Positions 56,851 through 64,000 of a stretch of DNA of 64,000 nucleotides are shown here, piece by piece (position 1 is the stretch's first letter; every line of letters begins with the position of its first letter). The DNA lies in contig JBGCFM010000049.1 in assembly GCA_045106895.1 (NCBI GenBank), forward strand, positions 32,495-96,494. Reading direction: 5' to 3'. The notes under the pieces are model-generated. The model did no database searches, had not been told where the DNA came from, and was given only the letters and a program-made list of their open reading frames with translations. A program made the position numbers and the translations under genes. The DNA comes from Polyangiales bacterium. GTDB taxonomy: Bacteria > Myxococcota_A > Polyangia > Polyangiales > Houyiibacteriaceae.

Positions 56851-56879
56851 AACGGAGCGCTCTCGGGCGCTCCGTTTTT
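56851..56879 (+). terminator. Rho-independent terminator
   Basis: AACGGAGCGC...GCGCTCCGTT stem followed by T-run. Confidence 0.8.
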
Positions 56880-56945
56880 GCTTTAATGCGAAACGCGCCA
56901 GGTCACGCGCATCGTTCATCGAAGTCTGGGCTTGTGAGCCCAAAC

Positions 56946-56978
56946 AAAAAAAGACCCCGCCAAGGCGGGGTCTTTTTT
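56946..56978. terminator. Bidirectional rho-independent terminator downstream of lon
   Basis: A-run, AGACCCCGC-CAAG-GCGGGGTCT, T-run. Confidence 0.88.
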
Positions 56979-56997
56979 GTTTAAGAGCTTAGCTCTA

Positions 56998-59418
<2,421 letters not shown>

Positions 59419-59591
59419 ATTCTGCGCGAAACATAGTCCTTAGGCACGTCCGTGGCTAGAGAGCATCGTCGAAGGCTTCTTCGAACCCTGTTTTTGGCGT
59501 TTTTTGCCCCAAAAAGAGGAGATAGGGGCTTGTTTGAGACTTCTTTTGGCACGGGCTTGCGAGATCCCCTCGCCGCAGAAATGCTCCGGGG

Positions 59592-61514
59592 GTGCCATCG
59601 CCACAAAACTCAAGCCCAGGCCCCTTTGTTCGCGTTCCCGGCAGTGGCTTGAGCCAGCTGCGAGAGATGTGGCGAGACTCAGGCACTCAGCTGCTGCGGA
59701 TTGCCCGAGAGCAAGGTCCTCGGGCACAGATGAAGCTGGGTCCCTTTCCTTACTATTTCCTCTCGGACCCGGCGGACGTCCGGCACGTTCTCGTAAGCAA
59801 TCACAAGAACTACGTGAAGAGCCGCTCCTACGAAGGTCTCATGCTCGCGCTCGGGAAAGGACTCGTGACGAGCGAGGGGACCCTCTGGAAGAGGCAGCGA
59901 CGACTGGCCCAGCCCGCGTTTCATCCGAGAGCGATGCCAGACTTCACGCGCATCATGGCGCGCTGCACCCGCGAGATGCTCGACACCTGGCGCCCAGGCG
60001 AGGAGCTGGACATTCATGGCGCGATGATGCGTCTCACGTTTCGCGTCGTTGGTTTTGCGCTCCTGTCCAAAGACCTCGACAAAGACGCGCATCAGTTTAG
60101 CCGAGCCTTGAGCTCTACTCTTCACTACGTCGGGGAGTACACCGAGCGTCTCATCCCGTTCCCGAAATGGATGCCGACGCCAGGGATGAGAAAGCTCAAC
60201 TCCGACTTGAAGGTGCTCGACGACGTGATCCTGCGCGTCATCGAGGAGCGCCGCCACACTCAGGAAAAACACGACGACCTCCTCGCGCTCTTCATGGACG
60301 CGACGGACGAAGAAGGTCGCATGAGCGACAAGCAGCTCCGCGACGAGGTCATCACGATGGTGTCGGCGGGGCATGAGACGACGGCCGCTGCCCTCGCTTG
60401 GACCTTCATGTTCCTCGGACAAAACCCACGCATCGCCGAGCGAGTTCACGAAGAAGCGCTCGCGGCCGTGGACGGCGAGCACGTCGACCTTGAGGCCCTC
60501 GACCTGACGACGCGGGTGATCAAAGAGTCCATGCGCCTGCGGCCCCCGGTGTGGCTCGTCGAACGACGTGCCATCTTCGACGATGAGCTTGGCGGCGCGC
60601 CGATCCCCGCAGGCGCGACGGTGGGAACGAGCGCCTATGTGCTCCACCGCGACCCGGCGTATTGGCCCAACCCGGAAGGCTTCGACCCGGACCGCTTCCT
60701 CCCGGAGGCCGAAGCTTCGCGCCCGCGCTACTCGTACTTGCCTTTTGGCGCCGGACCGCGCGTCTGTATTGGGAGCGCCTTCGCATTGAACGAAGCGAAG
60801 CTCATCGTGGCGATGGTGATGCGCGAGTGGCGCCCGGAACTGGCCTCGGGACAGGAGCTGCTCCCGGACTATGGGATGACGTTGCGCCCCCTAAAGCCGA
60901 TCCGAGTGCGGCTGCGAAAAGCGCCGTCGCGGACCCCACTTCAGCAAGCCTTCGCTGCCTTTGATGCCCTCAACGCCGAAGACCCAAACGTCGAGGTCGT
61001 CGAGGGCGAGGAGCGGCCGAAGGAGTTGCTCTACGCTGAACGAATGAGTGAGACGCTGGACGGCTATCAGTCCGATGCCGACGAGGCGCTTCAGCTGGCG
61101 TGCCGCGCCCAGCATCTTGAGCGTTGGCGCATGCCTCGCGCGGACTTTCCGGCGGGACGCACGGGCTATCTGAAGTGGCGAAGTGAAGCGAAGCGAAAGC
61201 ACAGCGCCCGCGCCCAGGAAGTGCTGCGTCAGGCAGGGTTCGATGACGCCACGTGCGAGCGCGTTGCGGTCCTCGTGGAGAAACGAGGTCTACGCACCGA
61301 CGCCGGCGTCCAGACTCTGGAAGACGTCGCTTGCTTGGTGTTCCTGCGCTTCTACTGGAATGACTTTCGCGCGAAGCATACGGACGAGAAGCTCGTGGGG
61401 GTCCTCAAGAAGACTTGGGCGAAGATGAGCCAGCGCGCTCACTCCGAAGCGCTCAAGCTGTCCTTCGACGAAGAGAGCATCGAGCTTCTTCGTCAGGCCG
61501 GCATCGTCGACTAA
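59592..61514 (+). CDS. Cytochrome P450 fused in frame to a C-terminal DUF4202 domain
   Basis: P450 AGHETT, ESMR, FDPDRF, FGAGPRVCIG; from ~60939 FDALNAEDPN...PKELLYAERM...RAQHLERW..PR...GYLKWR...QTLEDVACLVFL...KKTWAKMS. Confidence 0.88.
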   Translation: MPSPQNSSPGPFVRVPGSGLSQLREMWRDSGTQLLRIAREQGPRAQMKLGPFPYYFLSDPADVRHVLVSNHKNYVKSRSYEGLMLALGKGLVTSEGTLWKRQRRLAQPAFHPRAMPDFTRIMARCTREMLDTWRPGEELDIHGAMMRLTFRVVGFALLSKDLDKDAHQFSRALSSTLHYVGEYTERLIPFPKWMPTPGMRKLNSDLKVLDDVILRVIEERRHTQEKHDDLLALFMDATDEEGRMSDKQLRDEVITMVSAGHETTAAALAWTFMFLGQNPRIAERVHEEALAAVDGEHVDLEALDLTTRVIKESMRLRPPVWLVERRAIFDDELGGAPIPAGATVGTSAYVLHRDPAYWPNPEGFDPDRFLPEAEASRPRYSYLPFGAGPRVCIGSAFALNEAKLIVAMVMREWRPELASGQELLPDYGMTLRPLKPIRVRLRKAPSRTPLQQAFAAFDALNAEDPNVEVVEGEERPKELLYAERMSETLDGYQSDADEALQLACRAQHLERWRMPRADFPAGRTGYLKWRSEAKRKHSARAQEVLRQAGFDDATCERVAVLVEKRGLRTDAGVQTLEDVACLVFLRFYWNDFRAKHTDEKLVGVLKKTWAKMSQRAHSEALKLSFDEESIELLRQAGIVD

Positions 61515-61526
61515 TAGCTCCGCGAA

Positions 61527-64000
61527 TCAGCGGACGTTGATCTCGCCGAGGACGACGCTGACGGTTTCGTTGCCTTCGCTCTCGAAGGTGCGCGGCTGCC
61601 AGTTGCTGCTGTCGCGGACCGAGAATGAGAGCGTCCAGTCGCCGGTGCGGACGTTCTCAGGGACGACGATTTCTACGTCATCTTGGATGAGCTGACCTGG
61701 TTGCCATTGCGGAGTTCGGTGCGTCCCGTTGACGGGGTAATGGTGGGCGTGGAAGTCGTGGAACTCACCGGCGGCGTCCCGGAGGCTAACGAAGAACATG
61801 AGGTCTTCGTCGATAGGGTCTTCGACCTCGTAGTAGAACGTCATTCGAATGGTCTCGCCGCGCTGGACTCGCCACTGCGGGGGGTCGTAGCCAAGGACTT
61901 CGAACTCATCGAAGCGGTAGGCCAGAGGAGTTTCCGGCGCGGGCATGGCGTCCAGTAGATGAGGGTCCACTCCTTCGTCGTGACTGGCTCTGGCTTGCGC
62001 GGCCCACGACCGAAGCATGTTGAACAGCTCGCCGGCGCGTTCGGGATTCTCATCCCAGCGATCGCGGTCTTCGGTTGGGTCGTCTCGCAGGTTCGTGAAA
62101 CGTGTTGTCCCGTCGCGCACCCACCAGATGAGCTTGTCGTCTCCGACGCGGACCGCTTTTTGATCGTAGGGGAACATGCCGTCGGGAAGCAGTTCCATGA
62201 TGAGCGGGCGCTCGTTCCACCCCGCGGGCGTCTCGCCGCCCATCAAGGGGATGAGGCTGCGGCCAGCCACGAGCGGCCTTCCGGGCAGACCCGTCAAGTT
62301 TCGAAGCGTGGGTGAGAGGTCGGCAAGCGTGACTGGTGCGTCGATGCGCCGGTGTTCAAAACCAGGTGCGCGAATCATCAACGTGGACCGGACTTCTTCC
62401 TCGTAGAGCGTCGTACTGTGACCGCGGTTGCCGTGTTCCTCAAAGGCTTCGCCGTGGTCGCTCATGAGGATGACGATGACGTCATCGTCCACTTCGCTGA
62501 GGATCCGGCCGATCTCTTGGTCCGCGAGCAGGATCTCGGTGTCGTAGGGGCCGTCGATGTAGCGCCCGAAGCGTGATGCTTGTCCGTCGGGCAGGTAGGG
62601 GATGTGCACGTTGAACACGTGGGTCCACAAAAAGAACGGCTGGTCCCGCGCTTGAAGTCGAGAGAGCGCCTCGATGGCGCAGCGCGTGGGAACGCTCCGG
62701 TCGTTGCCGCCTTCTTGCTCGACGTTGTCAAACCCCTGGAAGAAGTCGAGAACGCGGGAGAAGTAGTCCGTGCCCATGCACGCTTCTGTGCGGTAGCCCG
62801 CATCTTGAAAGACCTCCGCGAGGAGCTCGTTCTCTTCCTGCACGGCGGGGTAGAGGTACTGTGGGCCGTAGAGGATTTGCCCAGGGTAGAGCCCCGTAAA
62901 CGCCGATGGAATCGAGCGGACGCTCCTCGACGAAGGCGCGATGGCGGTGTCGAAGACGACGGCAGTTCGGCCAAAGCGGTCGATGCGTGGTGAGGTCTCG
63001 TTTTCGTTTCCCCCAATGCCCAAGTGGTCCGGGCGAAGCGCGTCGACCAAGATGAGCAGCACGCTCGCGCGCTCTGTCTCTTCTGGTGCTTCCACGTAGT
63101 GACCGTCGCCCAGGATGCCGTCGACTTCAGGGGTGCCATCTCCACCAAAACAGTCGGAGTCGACGCCGTCGCCTGCAGCGTCTGGAGCGTTGGGGTGTAC
63201 CCGTGAGTCGGTGTCGTCACAGTCCCCGCCGCCGAAGTAGGAGGCGTGGCCGTCGTGATCCGTGTCGAAGCGGCGCGAGTAGAAGCGAATGAGGCGCTGG
63301 CCCGTCACGGTCCGACCTTCGACGAACTGCCTTGCACCTCTCGACTTGCCGTACGTGGCGGCGGTCAAGACAAGGGCAAGCAGGGAGCATGTCGCGAGCG
63401 TAGATGCGAGGGCGAGGCGTCGCTCCACACGCGCCGCAGCCCAGTACGCGACGAGGAAGAGGAGCAACGCAACGGGCGGCGCAAGGTAGGGAGTGATGAC
63501 GACGCCCTGAAGCGCGCGTTCGATGGCGGCGCGACGAAGCAGGAGGATGATCAGACCGGCGGCGGCGAGGAGCGCGAGTGCGTTCCGCGGGGTCGCGGCG
63601 CGTCCAAGGGCACGAGCCACGGGGGTGAGCACGATCTGAAGGAGCGAAGCGACGAGGACCGCGCCGAAGAGCGCCACCAGGGAAGAGAGCGCGATCACCC
63701 AACGAATGATCTTCTCAGCGTGGAGATGGTCGCGCGCCGCTTCTTCACTTCCGCGGACAACGAGGACCAGAGTCACCAACGCGGCGGCGGCGGCGATGAC
63801 CGTCGCAAAGCGCTCCGGTGAGGGGGCCGCGGAGAAGAGCCCCGACGCTCCTTGTTTCACCGGTGCGAGCCAACGGACCCGGGAGAGGAGCGTGGAGATG
63901 CCAGCGCTGATGAGACCGAAACCGAGGCCCACGGGCGCCATGAGGCCAAACAGGTAGAAGAGGCTTAGGGAGCGGACGCCAAAGCCCGCCTGTCCATGGG
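61527..64000 (-). CDS. Membrane-anchored sulfatase-like (alkaline phosphatase superfamily) protein; 5' end beyond window
   Basis: Frame open to 64000; multiple TM; DTDHDG..GGGDCDD..DGVDSDC motif; LILVDALRPDH, H.PY, SDHGE; C-terminal Ig-like domain. Confidence 0.85.
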   Translation of the reverse strand, partial: HGQAGFGVRSLSLFYLFGLMAPVGLGFGLISAGISTLLSRVRWLAPVKQGASGLFSAAPSPERFATVIAAAAALVTLVLVVRGSEEAARDHLHAEKIIRWVIALSSLVALFGAVLVASLLQIVLTPVARALGRAATPRNALALLAAAGLIILLLRRAAIERALQGVVITPYLAPPVALLLFLVAYWAAARVERRLALASTLATCSLLALVLTAATYGKSRGARQFVEGRTVTGQRLIRFYSRRFDTDHDGHASYFGGGDCDDTDSRVHPNAPDAAGDGVDSDCFGGDGTPEVDGILGDGHYVEAPEETERASVLLILVDALRPDHLGIGGNENETSPRIDRFGRTAVVFDTAIAPSSRSVRSIPSAFTGLYPGQILYGPQYLYPAVQEENELLAEVFQDAGYRTEACMGTDYFSRVLDFFQGFDNVEQEGGNDRSVPTRCAIEALSRLQARDQPFFLWTHVFNVHIPYLPDGQASRFGRYIDGPYDTEILLADQEIGRILSEVDDDVIVILMSDHGEAFEEHGNRGHSTTLYEEEVRSTLMIRAPGFEHRRIDAPVTLADLSPTLRNLTGLPGRPLVAGRSLIPLMGGETPAGWNERPLIMELLPDGMFPYDQKAVRVGDDKLIWWVRDGTTRFTNLRDDPTEDRDRWDENPERAGELFNMLRSWAAQARASHDEGVDPHLLDAMPAPETPLAYRFDEFEVLGYDPPQWRVQRGETIRMTFYYEVEDPIDEDLMFFVSLRDAAGEFHDFHAHHYPVNGTHRTPQWQPGQLIQDDVEIVVPENVRTGDWTLSFSVRDSSNWQPRTFESEGNETVSVVLGEINVR

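Noticed and set aside
59547..59560. TGGCAC...TTGC resembling a sigma54 promoter upstream of the P450 fusion
   Set aside because: Only 9 nt between GG and GC; sigma54 requires 10

Overview
High-GC, gene-dense chromosomal segment, most likely from a myxobacterium (Myxococcota, Polyangiales-like). This is inferred from a MXAN_5187-family gene, MYXO-CTERM-type C-termini, Cys-rich secreted lipoproteins and a multidomain Ser/Thr kinase. About 52 CDSs were called, mostly on the minus strand. Housekeeping genes include pduO-type ATR, fmt, def, priA, tsaD, hutH, a DEAD-box helicase, gpsA and lon. There is also a compact ethylmalonyl-CoA pathway operon (ecm-meaB-ccr-mcd-mch), a probable 6S RNA with its own sigma70-type promoter, a split two-component system, kptA and a Mesh1-like HD hydrolase. 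Many secreted or surface proteins are present: two tandem trypsin-like proteases, DUF2330, RCC1, FG-GAP, an S41 peptidase, a His-rich Tat lipoprotein and a sulfatase-like protein. I saw no rRNA, tRNA, CRISPR array, transposase or integrase. The most unusual observations are (i) an in-frame cytochrome P450-DUF4202 fusion, (ii) an ~80-bp intergenic element present twice, 16 kb apart and inverted, each copy beside a Cys-rich lipoprotein gene, (iii) an isolated sctU/flhB + small ORF + TPR triplet translationally coupled to priA, and (iv) the ethylmalonyl-CoA operon in this lineage. All family calls come from motif recognition by eye; no database search was run.
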